A stretch of DNA of 63,085 nucleotides, filler included, from Rhabdomonas costata (Eukaryota), in assembly GCA_019059605.1 (NCBI GenBank). It is 42 parts of 42 records of this genome, joined end to end, with 100 filler letters (N's around TTAATTAATTAA, not from the genome) between each part and the next. Parts side by side here need not be neighbours in the genome. Positions count along the whole stretch, not along the records: positions 24,058 to 25,462 come from JAHMHO010016882.1; positions 25,563 to 26,967 come from JAHMHO010016883.1; positions 27,068 to 28,472 come from JAHMHO010016884.1; positions 28,573 to 29,974 come from JAHMHO010016885.1; positions 30,075 to 31,479 come from JAHMHO010016886.1; positions 31,580 to 32,984 come from JAHMHO010016887.1; positions 33,085 to 34,489 come from JAHMHO010016888.1; positions 34,590 to 35,994 come from JAHMHO010016889.1; 34 more parts are not named here. One strand, written 5' to 3'. The notes below the pieces were generated by a model. It was not told where the DNA came from. It saw only the letters and a list, made by a program, of their open reading frames with translations, and made no database searches. A program made the translations under genes and the position numbers. Positions 24,075-36,197 of the stretch are shown here, one piece after another. Positions within the stretch are counted from its first letter, which is position 1; each line of letters starts with the position of its first letter.

Positions 24075-25214
24075 CTGCCGGGGATCAACCGCTTCAGCGG
24101 GTCCGCACAGGCCAGAAAGGCGGCATGGGGCCCACCAAATCCAGGAGGCACCCCAAAGCGCTGAGTAGAGCCCACCGCGAGGTCCGCGCCGAATTCACCT
24201 GCGCAGTCCACACAAAACAAAGAAAAATTTTCCTTGTGCGGTTTTTTGTGCGGTCGTGGGTGGCGATAAACGTTTAGGACTGCTAACCGGTTTTGATCTG
24301 CGGATTGGATTGCAGACAAATGGAATGGGACAAGATTCTTTCAGCGGTTCGATGCATTCTTTTGGGGGAGGGGTGTTCAACGGTTTCATGTTGGCAAACG
24401 GTGTGCTACGGTACTGGACGTTTTCCATTGCGGTAGCTTTCCTCGGTATTTCTTGCGCGTTAGATGCTGACTTCGGTTAAATTAGCCTGGAAACGGCGAT
24501 GAAGGGTTGCGGAGTTGCCCACAAAAGGGACAGAGTTATTTTAGTGGCGAAGGCCAGCGCCACGGAGGGGAGCGGAGCTCGCCTGCCCCGCGGCCGGAGC
24601 GGGCGGCTGAGGCGGGGACGTCGCCTGGGGGGACTTGATGGAGTTTTCGTGGTAATGCGCCCCAAAAGCGACAAATGAGCGGGATTTCTGGTGGCTTAGC
24701 TTACCAGCAGACTTTTGAACCTTATCGTTTTTTTTAGGGAACGGGGATTCCGTAAACTGTGCCAACTACCTCCAAAAGCATTTATTGCATTCGGTTTGGC
24801 AAAATGTGATTGGGTATATTGCTTTTCCCACAGGCAGACATGCCTTAATTTGAGGGGGAGCAGTGCTATTGCTTAACGCACCCCCCCCAACAAAATTACA
24901 AGAGGCCCGGCCTTTTTCAAATCAACAATTAACGCAGCCCTTACCGCTTCGGTGTGAGCCCTTCGAGCAGTGGCCAAAGTGAAAGATGGAGGGCTTTCAT
25001 TCCCCACATAAAGTCCTCCTAAATCCTCTTGATCCCTCCATGAAGAAGTTAAAAACCCAATGGAAAAGGACGGTGCCTCCGTGCAAAATGCATGCGTGTG
25101 GGAATTGGGTGCGCTGGGTGGTATATATGTGGTGTGGCACACACCCGGAGGTTTCAGCAGGCACAGGGCCAGCAGGTCCGTCACCACCACACAGAGGGCC
25201 TTGGTCTGCTTCGC
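24075..25214 (-). CDS. GLDC: Glycine decarboxylase P-protein, two exons
   Basis: Exons 25214..25145 and 24198..24075, phase 1. [40 protein letters not shown]...IPGR. Confidence 0.95.
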
Positions 25215-27409
25215 CTGCAGGCACACACGCACACATGGAAGAAAAGGGGGTGCAACCTGTGAAACAGCCGGTCTTCCAGCACCGTGCAGAACAGGGCACA
25301 GAGGTGCGGATGCAGGTTCGGTATGTCGGAGTACCTGTCAAAACCGCGTCTGCCTTCCGGAAAGAGATTGAGCCATTGCTAAAATAAATCCTGCGGATTG
25401 GGAGATCCATCCGATTGATTTAAACGAAACTCGTTCCCAACACACCCAACCACACCCAACACNNNNNNNNNNNNNNNNNNNNNNNNNNNNNNNNNNNNNN
25501 NNNNNNTTAATTAATTAANNNNNNNNNNNNNNNNNNNNNNNNNNNNNNNNNNNNNNNNNNNNGGGGGTTGGTAATCTTTAAGCACACGTCGCGTCCAGAA
25601 AGGAGCTGGCGAAAAAACAGCTCCCGGACTTTGCCACTGGCCCGCGGCATCATTGCAAAAAGAAACAAAAATTGTCACTGGCACTGGCACGAAGGCAAGA
25701 GAGATCAGCTCGCAAGTCCTTTCCATTTTCTTGTCCGCAGTAACAACGGCAAAAGTAGCCCATGCGCAACAATGGCCCATGAGGGCGTGAAGTTACCGTC
25801 TGATGGTCTCTCGCTGTCTCGACTAATAATTTGGTGCTTTCACGTTTTCCCGGTTGTTTTTTCTTGTGCGTGTGTGCAACTCCTAGTAGTTCTCCTCGTG
25901 TGATAGCGTAAATGTCCCAATGATGTAGTGTGAACGGGGGGTTGGTTATGGTGCATGTGGCAGGGATGATCGGCGCGTTGGTGTGGTAGCTTGTGGTGTC
26001 GTTGGTAGTGGGTAGTTGGTGGCGGGTTGGTGGTCTCAAAAAGTCGAATATGCACAGGTATAAAGCGGGTACTGCCCACTTTCTGTAGAGCGGGGTATAA
26101 CCGCGCAGTGCTGAAGAGTTTCAATAGAATTTTGTCTGCTTGCTCTTGGACAAGTCTCAGTCGAGTGGCAACGTAGGGCAACGTAGCAGCAACCTGCAAA
26201 TTGTAAATACTAAGCCCCTGCCGCAGAACTGCTGTGGGCAGCCGCCGGAGATCTCTGCAGCCATTTGAATCTTCCGACCTCTCACAGTGGTTGGCGCAGC
26301 ACTTATTTCCGTCCAGCTTGGAAATCCTCAAGAACCAGCTGTACTCGCAGCAATTTGGTTGGAATAGGTCCATCTCCAACTCCATAAGGAGCTTCTTCAA
26401 AGTGCGAAGCTTCGAGACAAGGGCCACCAGCACGCGGGCGCGTGGCTGAGTATCGTACCGAGCATTTACGTTGATCTCCAGTTTGACAAAGGGGAAATAC
26501 TTCTGCTATCACACTTCCACCTGGGACTTCCACTCCTCCCAGCTGCAGCGGCGGGTTCTCACGGCGACGTATTCGGGGATCACTTGGTATCGTTTCAGCG
26601 GGTGCGCGGAAGCGGCACAACAGCGCTGCCCTCGCGGCCTCATCTCTCACTGGTCCAGGGGACGAGATGCGGCAGTCGACCCAACAATCATTCACAGCCA
26701 CCCCAGGGATACGCGCCATCCTGTAGAAAAGGCAGAAGCGGCCAAGCTCAGCAAAAAGTCCGACGCCCCCTGCGCCGGGCAGGGCTGGACTTCATTTCGG
26801 TGGCTGCCGACACCTTCGGAGCTTACGGCCCAAAAGGCGAGCGAATCAAGGTGCAAGTGTTCTCTGGCGACGGGAAGCCACCCACCAGTTAGTCAACAAA
26901 CAATTAAAATCATTGGCGTACGGACATTGGGCATTGCGGGGACCCACCCCCCCCAACACCCCAACACNNNNNNNNNNNNNNNNNNNNNNNNNNNNNNNNN
27001 NNNNNNNNNNNTTAATTAATTAANNNNNNNNNNNNNNNNNNNNNNNNNNNNNNNNNNNNNNNNNNNNTTTTTTGTGTTACAGCCACATAAAAAATCAACC
27101 CTCTACTTGCCAGGCTTGCCAAGCTGGAATACGCCAGTAACGGAAGCCGGGAAAATGGGCCTCAGAGGGTAAGTCTAGTTTAAGTTATGATTAATCACGT
27201 TCGGTCTGGATTCACCGGCTGCGGTGCCAGGGTTTCAAAAATTGTGCACTCAACCACCCAATAGCATGACGTTTGGAGGGCAGTAAGTGGTCCCTTTCTG
27301 GGGTAATGTCTACTGGTGCTGGTCCGAAAGTCATATTATGCTGCTAAAGACCCCCCCCCGCCGCCGCCGAGGGTCAAAATGAGGATTTCATGTGCGTATT
27401 CACCCTCAG

Positions 27410-27573
27410 CTGTCACGGCGGACCTGACGTCTCCGCAGCGCGTGCGGTGCCTGCAGAGCGGAATGCAGGCCGTGCTGCCGAAGCCTGTGCTGCGTGCGGA
27501 GTTGTTTAGGGTTACGTCCGAGGTCGCCGCCTCGGCGTGGGGTGGTCTTCCCCCGGGTTCGGCCCGGCTCTAA
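27410..27573 (+). CDS. Terminal exon with the C-terminal half of a response-regulator receiver domain (hybrid His-kinase type)
   Basis: AVTADLTSPQRVRCLQSGMQAVLPKPVLRAEL matches ALTA...RCLxAGMDxxLxKP. Confidence 0.8.
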
Positions 27574-28868
27574 AAAGGACTGCAACGCCAGTGGCCAAAG
27601 TGGCGAGAGTTGTTGCTGAGTTATTTGTGCAGGTGGTCTGTAAAGGTGTTCAAAGGCTTCTGTGCAGAGAACTGTGTGCTATGTAGTGCACACGCAGATG
27701 TGGTGTGTGGTTGCTCCTGACATGTGTATGTGCGTGTGTGCGTGTGTGCGTGTGCTTGCAGGCATTGCTGCTTTTTGAGTTGCGACATGCATACGATGAG
27801 GTTTCTTCGGATGACAATGAAGCTTTTCTCCATCTTTGACTGAGTGCCTATTCCTACGCCAACACCATTGGAGCTGTTTCACAATGGTTTTGGATTTGCA
27901 CTCTCCTGCACGAGTTGGACTGACTTTTGTCCCCTTCTCCCACTTCTGTTTTCCTTGTGACATTCGGTGTTGCGTGGTATGTGTGTGTGGACCGCTTCTT
28001 CCGTTTGTGGAACCTTTATAGTATTGTCATGTCACTCGATTCGTCGGTTGGATGGACAACTGTGGAGGACGAAATAGACGCCATACCTTTGGCGGAGGGT
28101 CTGCATTATTCCTGGACAAGTAGAGTGCCCATCTTGTGGGTCAGCTTCTGACCCAGTCTCATTCGGCTGCCCTGTAAATTTTTGAGTGGCCCACACCCCG
28201 CCCAACGCCGATGAAATATTACGTGATTCTTCTGGTGTAGCGTTTCGTGAATCTTTCCTCGACCCCCTTTCCACTCTCCCAAACGCGGAGCTTCACAGTT
28301 TGTGTTGCCGCACGCAGGAGAAGGGACATGAGGGAGCATTTTTTGTGCAATGATTTCGTGCCTTTTCCCGTTTTGGGCGGATTCAGAAGGATTTTCTGGA
28401 ATGAGGGCATAAAATGCGTCAGTGAGTGTGATTTTCAACAAACGATGACTGTTCTGACGCTTCACACACACANNNNNNNNNNNNNNNNNNNNNNNNNNNN
28501 NNNNNNNNNNNNNNNNTTAATTAATTAANNNNNNNNNNNNNNNNNNNNNNNNNNNNNNNNNNNNNNNNNNNNGGTGGGTTTGCCCGAGATAAATACCAGG
28601 ATGTGCGTGTGTCAGTTGAGGTGGTGAAGTTGGTGGGTTGAGGAGGTGGATGTGGTGGGGATGGATAACTCCTTTGGATTGGCGTAGATGAGGCATGCCA
28701 CTTTGACAGAGTGCGCTTCCTTTCTGATGTTCACTGTGTGACCTGTGACATGGCAGGTGCTTCTGCATTACTGCACATTGTTCTGGAAGGGGGGAGGGTG
28801 GTATCTTGAGTGAAGGCAAGGGAAACGACACGTGGACCTTCTTTCAGAGAATCCTTCCTTTCCTAGCT

Positions 28869-28907
<39 letters not shown>

Positions 28908-28943
28908 GTCGCATCCCCTCCGTCGGATGGGGTTGGCTCTTAG

Positions 28944-29900
28944 GTGCTGCTGCAGAACTGCCATTTGGCAGTGACGTGGATGCCCACCCTGGAGGCTGTG
29001 GTGGAGCACTTCAGCCCGCAGACCGTGAAGCGAGAGTTCCGGCTGTGGCTGACCTCAATGCCCTGTGCGGCGTTCCCCGTGCCGGTGCTGCAGATCGCTG
29101 TGAAGATGACCAACGAGCCCCCTAAGGTGAACAAGCTTACTTGCTTTTTCCTTTTTTTTTTGCACTGAAGTGGTGTGAAGGTTGGGAACTTTCCACCCAG
29201 TCTCTCAATCAGGGCTGTCATCATTTACATTGCAGTGTGCTGGTCAACGCGGGTCAAAAGCATTGCACAAAAGCGTTCTGGAGTGAAAAGAAATCGGAAA
29301 ACGCGGCTCGAGGATTTTTTCCTTCTTCTTTTCACTTGCTGTCGTTGTGCTTCCGTACAGGGGCTGCGTAGCAACGTGACCCGCTCCTTCCTGTCCTTCA
29401 CGGACGAGTTCCTGGAGAGCTCCAAGAAACCCAGTATGTCCTGACCTGGACCTGGACCTGAACCTGAACTTTCGGATTTTGATGGGGTTTCAGTTTTTGG
29501 GTTACATACTCGTTATGGGATTAGACGCATAGACCGTAAGTGTGTGTCCGCACCGGCGGTGCCGTTCAACGCCAAAGCTTACTTGTGTCCAAATTAAAGG
29601 CTCGCTAGGGAGGGTGCACATTATTGTGGGAGGTCACTCTTACTATGTTCCTCCTGGTCGTCCGATTGAAGCACACACACACACACTCTCTCTCTGTCTC
29701 CTTTAGGGGAGTTCAAGCAGCTGCTGATGGCCCTGTGCCTGTTTCACGCCGTGGTGCTGGAGCGGCGGAAGTTCGGCGCGCTGGGGTGGAATATTAGCTA
29801 TGAGTTTACTGCGGCGGACCTCTCGGTGTGCGTGCGGCAGCTGCGGCACTTCGTGGACCTGTACGACGACATCCCCTTCGACGTGCTGACCTTCCTCACG
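28944..29900 (+). CDS. DNAH: Axonemal dynein heavy chain (AAA6/lid region), three exons
   Basis: Phase-consistent exons 28944..29126, 29361..29433 and 29707..29900. [28 protein letters not shown]...[21 protein letters not shown]. Confidence 0.96.
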
Positions 29901-30612
29901 GTGTCTGCTCCGCAACCACCACCCAAGCACATCCCCGAATCCCACGCCCACATATTACATATCCACACACCACANNNNNNNNNNNNNNNNNNNNNNNNNN
30001 NNNNNNNNNNNNNNNNNNTTAATTAATTAANNNNNNNNNNNNNNNNNNNNNNNNNNNNNNNNNNNNNNNNNNNNGTTTTTTTGTCCATTAATGCCATTTA
30101 TCGACGGTAAAAGCAGAAACCTCCTTAACAACTAAACAATTGCGCGAGGGTTCACACAGAAAAAAGAAGCTCGAAATGTGGATGGGTTTGAACAATACGG
30201 AAAGGGGGGAATGGAGCGTTTTAGATGTGCTTCTAGTTTGAGGAGAGGGTATACGGGTGATTGGGAAACCAGCAAAGCAGTCATCCAGTCAAAGTCCATC
30301 AAAGTAAAGTACACGCCTTTCTCGGAATAAAACACTCAATGAGCTGAACGACCATATAAACTATTAACTATCCAAGAGGTAGACGCGATAGCCCTTTATT
30401 ACACAGTCGATGGGCATCGACATCCAAAAGTGTCTCTGGCGGGCAACTTCGAGCCCTTTGACCAGGAAATAGAACTCTGGGATGTTCATTCGCATTGGCC
30501 CTTTCAGCACTCTTGCTATCCTTCTAGCTTACGGGTTCGGACACGCGAAGAAATGGAGCACAAAGCAAACGAGAAAAAAGGACGAATTGCAAAACACCGT
30601 TTTAGGTGTCAC

Positions 30613-30930
30613 CTCAAAAAGGTCCTCCACGTCTTCAGGTTTATCATCGGTGAAATGGGCGATTATTCTGCGAAGTTGAGCTGTATTGTTGCTGTCCACG
30701 ATTATGTCAACGTCTAGGGTATCTCTCGGATGACCCCACACCGCCAGCGCAAGCGCACCGCCAACGGCATGGGGGATGCCTTGTTGCAGCAGGCATCTTG
30801 AAATATAAGCCGCAACGGTTGCCGGGTTAGGGTTAGAAGGAAGCTCAGGCGTGGCTGCACTCGAAGTGCTGAAAAGCTGCCTCCACGGAGCAAGAAGCCG
30901 ACTTTGCCATGAGTATTGACCCGCTTCCAT
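30613..30930 (-). CDS. Pol-beta superfamily nucleotidyltransferase of bacterial AbiEii/DUF6036-like type, first exon
   Basis: GIPHAVGGALALAVWGHPRDTLDVDIIV shows the GG motif and DxD. ATG at 30930, donor GAG|gtgac. Confidence 0.75.
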
Positions 30931-31579
30931 TGTGAAAGAAAAAGACTGGTGCGGACCAAGAAAAACTTAAGTTTTAATGGAAGAGTTAAGAGCTCCCAAA
31001 GTAGCGCCATATCCCGTGGACTACGCCCCCAGGCTTGCCTTGCAGTCATATGGCCCGCCTCGCTTCATTCACAAGACACTTCCCCCTCATGACTGCAGAC
31101 ACAGAACAGAGAGCACAACACAACAATCCCGAGATAAAGGAGAGGCGAAACTCGCTTATGAGACCAAGAGACAATTTGCTTTCTTCAGTTCGATTGCGCA
31201 TTCAGAAGACGTTCTCGTTTCCCGAACAGCAATTCAAAACCCGGTCCTGCGATTAAAATAGGGTCCTAAAATGGCAAACGCGAACAAGCAAACTCGTGTA
31301 CTCGGTGTCTGCAGGTTGATGGCAGGGTCCTGTAACACTCACTTGTACTGCGGAGCTGGAACTCGCAGAATTGCAACGTAAATGCACATGTGGACCTCAA
31401 CCCCGGAGCCCGGAGCCCCCTCGGTTGCGGGGCCTCCTCCCGGGCTGTTCCAGGCAGCATCCAGCCGGACCCAACAAACNNNNNNNNNNNNNNNNNNNNN
31501 NNNNNNNNNNNNNNNNNNNNNNNTTAATTAATTAANNNNNNNNNNNNNNNNNNNNNNNNNNNNNNNNNNNNNNNNNNNN

Positions 31580-32925
31580 GGGGTGGTGGGGAATGACGCC
31601 AAAGGCGCTGGCCTGATATCCCATCACAAAGCGCGTCATTCCCTGCACACCAGCCGCAAAGTTCACCAAGGCGTACGCCTGGTCCGCCAGCGAGGATCGG
31701 ATGTTGACGACGCTTCGTTGAAAGGGCGTCCTCAAAGCAAGTGCACTGCTCCCAATTCCGAGCTGAGGAATGGAATCGCTGAGGTTCAGAGCAGCGTCAT
31801 ACACCCCAGCCACTGTTCCGAATGCCGAGTAGGCCTGAACCGTCTCTGCATCGATGGTGCCGGTGCCCTTGCTGGCAAGCGAAATGGCTCGAAGCACTCT
31901 CCCCTGAGTCATTCCCGTGGCCTCGAACTGTGCAAAGGCAGCCTGAACCCCTGAGAAAAGCCTCTGCGCATAGACCACATCAGAGTCCGGATGAACAATT
32001 TGAGCAAAGAGGATTGGGGTGGGAATGGTGGATGGAACGCTGTTACAGCTCTGCGATGAGAAGTCAAGCGTTCCTCCAGGCTGGACCAATGAGAAGCTTC
32101 CTGTGGCAACGGAAGTTACCCAAACCTTCCTCATGCCTTGGCTACAGGCAGAGGAGAAAGGCCCCAGTGCAAGCCCATCGACAAGAAAAACCGAGTCACT
32201 GAATAAAGTGGATAGAAACCGCTGAGGCATTAGAACGTCGCTGGTCTCCATTCTCTGGAGCACAGCAATCACAAGCCTGCCTGCAAGATAGGCTTCCATT
32301 GAAACCCAAGCGGGCAGGAAGGCGGAGTCGATCCTTTTCATGGCTGTGTCGTAGGAAGCGACCACCGGATCGCTCAGGTTAGTTGGTAGCGGCACAACCT
32401 AAACAGAGTACAGCGAAAGGTTACTGAAGACGGAACAATACACACAATATAAACACTGCAATTATTCGCCCAAAACAGCCAAACAAAACAAACGCCAAGC
32501 ATCTAAAACAATTAAAGGGACAAAAACGTCCCCTAATCGCAGTCTACCTGACTGACAAAAATGCCCTGTAGGTCAACTCCTGCCAAGGCCGGTAGCAGGT
32601 CATCAGTGCCCGCAGGTGAGGTAAGTAGATACACCGTCTCCGCGGGTAGCAAACTCTTGGCGAGCCGAAGGAAGGCCGCGGCTGGTCCTGTGGTGGCCTG
32701 CACTACTATCGCCTGCGGTGGGAATGACCCCGCCCCGGTAAGGATGCTTTGCAGCGCAGCATCCATCGCTGGGGATGTCCGGGAGTACGACCCATTGCTG
32801 ACTAAGGAGAGCCCAATGGTGGCAAGGGCTAGGCGAAGCGCATCGTAGCCCGCCTGTCCAAAACTATCGGCTTGAAACACAATCGAGACTCGCGAAAAGG
32901 AAGTCGATCGGACGAGGTAATTGAT
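31580..32925 (-). CDS. Protein with tandem PBP1/LivJ-like (Venus flytrap) ligand-binding domains, two exons
   Basis: Exons 32925..32548 and 32398..31580, intron 149 nt, phase 0. Motifs VSIVFQADSFGQAG, PQAIV, SQ|VVP and SMEAYLAGRL, then a second repeat (VVNIRSSLADQA...GYQASAFG). Confidence 0.85.
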
Positions 32926-33185
32926 CTGCGGGTGAAAGAAGCAAAGCAAATGCACACCTTGTTTACCATGAGATACCAACCACANNNNNNNNNNNNNNNN
33001 NNNNNNNNNNNNNNNNNNNNNNNNNNNNTTAATTAATTAANNNNNNNNNNNNNNNNNNNNNNNNNNNNNNNNNNNNNNNNNNNNGGTGTGGGGTGAAAGC
33101 GCATATTGCAATCCGTCAATGATACTGTAGCTATTTCAGAAAATGGGCATCAGGCCCCCAAAGAGAGGCTCCGAAAGGGATGGCA

Positions 33186-34489
33186 TTAGCTCCGCGAGCA
33201 GTCGGTGCACCGTGGCATCATGTCGTGCTCGCCTTTGCGGTGGCACATCACGATATCGCACCGGTGGCCACATTCGAGCACGACGTCGCACGGAGGGTCC
33301 AGTAGCTCGTGGCACACTAGGCCCTCCGTCGCGACTGAACAGAATGCCTCGGGGGTGTCCGCGGCGCGCAAGAGCTTGGCGTGTGTGGGGTCCAAGGGGC
33401 AGGTCAGTGGAAGGTAGGGCAGCTCCGGCACCAATCCCAACATTTCCTTCCACCTAACAGAAAAGGGCAGCCAAGCCGAACTGCTCTTGTTGCTGCCCTT
33501 CCCCATCCATTGTACCGCGGTGGTTGCGGTTCCAGTCAAACTAACTTCAGCCAAAAAAAATGCATCGTTCGTTAGATTTCGTGTAGGTCCTGTGCCAACG
33601 GGACAACATCAACATACAGAGAAGCAAGAAGAAGGGGAGTTGCACTACATCTCTTATGCTGGGCCCAAAGAGCTGCTGCAGGGATACACATCAACTGCTG
33701 TCCACTGTCCCGGTCCCATGTCACTTTTTTCCTGCAACCGTTCCCTCTTTGCAGAACGATCCAACAATTTTACTACAAAAAGCCCATTCTTGTGTGTCTG
33801 GACATTGGTCCTGCCAGCGAGCAGCTACGTTGGTGTGTGCAGGGAGATGTGTGAGTGTGTGTTTGTAAATTTCAGCGAAAGTGAAAGTGAGAGTGAGTGT
33901 GTTTGTTAGTATGCATTTGCGTGACATTGCGAAGGGGTTACGTACTTCCCGCAGTTCGCCGTCAGCGCGGCGGAGTGGCCGAAGATGAACAGGGCGTGGC
34001 GAGCACGTGACAGTGCAACGCACATTCGCCTTGGGTCGGCGACGAACTTGACGTCCCCACTGCCTTGCCGCACCGTGGACAGCAGCACAACATCCGCCTC
34101 AGAGCCCTGGAAGGCGTCTGTCGTGGTGACTTGCACGGGCCGCACACAGTCCGAGTAACGGTTGAGCACGGGCAGCCCTGGAAGAAACCCAAAACCCATA
34201 TGTGCAGAAATATCTGCCAAAATTGCAAACCACTCAAGACAAAGAAAAGGTGAGGATAGTTCAGAAACTGGGTGGTCGCACAGAGTTCACGAAATCCTTC
34301 GACCTTATTGGATAGTTTTCGAAAGGTACCCAGGTACCCAGTGGAGGAGGGACGGCATTCCATAATTCTGGTGCATACCCCAGCCACACATAATTGGAAC
34401 ATAATTGCAAAAAAAAAAATGCGCATACCCAGCCTGCCAAGCTCCTCGCGAACAACACCGACCTGCCCTCTGTACATGCACAAACCCAC
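33186..34489 (-). CDS. ZNFX1: ZNFX1-like SF1 (Upf1-type) helicase C-terminus with an NF-X1-type Zn finger, three exons
   Basis: Phase-consistent exons ..34429, 34177..33946 and 33453..33186. TTDAFQGSEADVVLLSTVR...RMCVALSRAR, then LPLTCP..PTH...CDVVLECGHRCDIVMCH. Confidence 0.75.
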
Positions 34490-35159
34490 NNNNNNNNNNN
34501 NNNNNNNNNNNNNNNNNNNNNNNNNNNNNNNNNTTAATTAATTAANNNNNNNNNNNNNNNNNNNNNNNNNNNNNNNNNNNNNNNNNNNNGGGTGTGGTGG
34601 GGCCTGAATGGTACACGTCAGCTTTCTTTCGTAGCCGAGGAACTTCTAACCAAATCACAGAACATGGTAAAAGTCGTAGCTCTGTGGCGCGTAGTACCAA
34701 GCAACATCTGCAGCCATCAGCAATTGCAATCAGTATGCCAGCCTCCGTTGTTGGGGTTGATGTGGGATCCACGGCTGTCCTGTGTTTCCTTCCTGGTTTC
34801 CAAGTTAGGTGCATGACATTTCGCAATGCTTCTTTCCTGCACTCTTCTCACCCATATCGGTGAAGTACACAGTGTCTCACTAAGTTCTCTTAATTTGTTA
34901 TTGATGGATAGTTTTCTCTTGCTTCAAGGTTTGGTGGTGGGATGGAGACAAGGCGCCGGTACACTGTATGCATCGCCGGCCAGTGCTACACGCATCGAAA
35001 CTTTCACTCGTAGCACTCCAACCAGCTCACGTATGCCCTACCAAACACAAGTTCCTGCAGTCTCTTTTAAGCTGATTGCCATTGTAAGGAGATTCATGGA
35101 ACATTCAAGATGTTGCTGCTCCCTGTGTGTGTGTGTGTGTGTGTTGCTGTGTCACACAG

Positions 35160-35313
35160 GTTGGGCACTCCCACTTCTGGCAAGAGTTTGAGAAGCGGGT
35201 GTCCGGCTGTGCCAGCGTGGAGAAGCTGGCCAATTGCGGGATGTTCCAGATGACCTATGACCCCCCCACGGATCAGTTCACCAAGGAGCAGTGGCTGTGC
35301 TGGACCAAGCCCG
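35160..35313 (+). CDS. Histidine phosphatase (phosphoglycerate mutase-like) exon
   Basis: VGHSHF...KLANC motif; cag acceptor and gtaag donor. Confidence 0.6.
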
Positions 35314-36197
35314 GTAAGCCCACCCTCCACCGCGCCCCATTTTACCTTGTGCCCAAAATGGAGCCAGGGTTTGTTCTGTTCCTGATGGATTGTGTGACCA
35401 GTGACCAGTACCTGTGTTCTTTCTCACTCCTCTGTTTCTCTCCGTGTGTTGTTAGACTTTTGTTGTATGTAAGAAAATGTGAGGCAAAGCCAAAGGTTTT
35501 GTTTATAAAGCAGGCCTCCCGAAACGCTGCGGTTACCAATGGGGGAAAGGAACAAGCAAGGAAGAGAGCAATCGAAACATCTCAGCAATCCACTGAGCCA
35601 CACACCCGTCCTATTCAACAACTCATCGCGTTCCGAGCAACACCAGATTCGCGAAAGACCGAAAGACGATATTGGACAACGCAGTGCAAAGCAAGGAGAA
35701 AATGGGGGGAGGCAGGTGACGCAGGCAGCAGAACCTTCCAGTCCAAAAGTGAATATGATGATCCGATACAGTAACCTTGGCAATGAAATAATCGAGAATA
35801 CGTGACCTCCACACATCTACAGGCGCAACATGCAAACCACTGACGCAGGCTATAGGTTTCGACATATGATAGTCGCACAGTGCAGCGGAGGTAGGAAGCC
35901 CCGATACTCACATCTGCCAAGGCGGCGTCTGAGTCGAACACCGTCAGGCCTTATCTGTCCCTTTCAATTAAAACTTCCCCAACACACCCACCACNNNNNN
36001 NNNNNNNNNNNNNNNNNNNNNNNNNNNNNNNNNNNNNNTTAATTAATTAANNNNNNNNNNNNNNNNNNNNNNNNNNNNNNNNNNNNNNNNNNNNGGGGTG
36101 GGGTGAAGCGGCTGTTTCCGAAGTTATGACGAAGATGGCCATCTGTAATAATGGTCAATGTCGTGCTTCCGTTTTTCTGTGATTTTTTTTCGTGCAG

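Noticed and set aside
25333..25378. Extra upstream GLDC exon (NGSISFRKADAVLT)
   Set aside because: Its phase is incompatible with the next exon and the similarity is weak.
36172..36197. ttttttttcg resembling the 3' end of the euglenid spliced leader
   Set aside because: It is the polypyrimidine tract of a cis acceptor; the rest of the SL exon and its GT donor context are absent.
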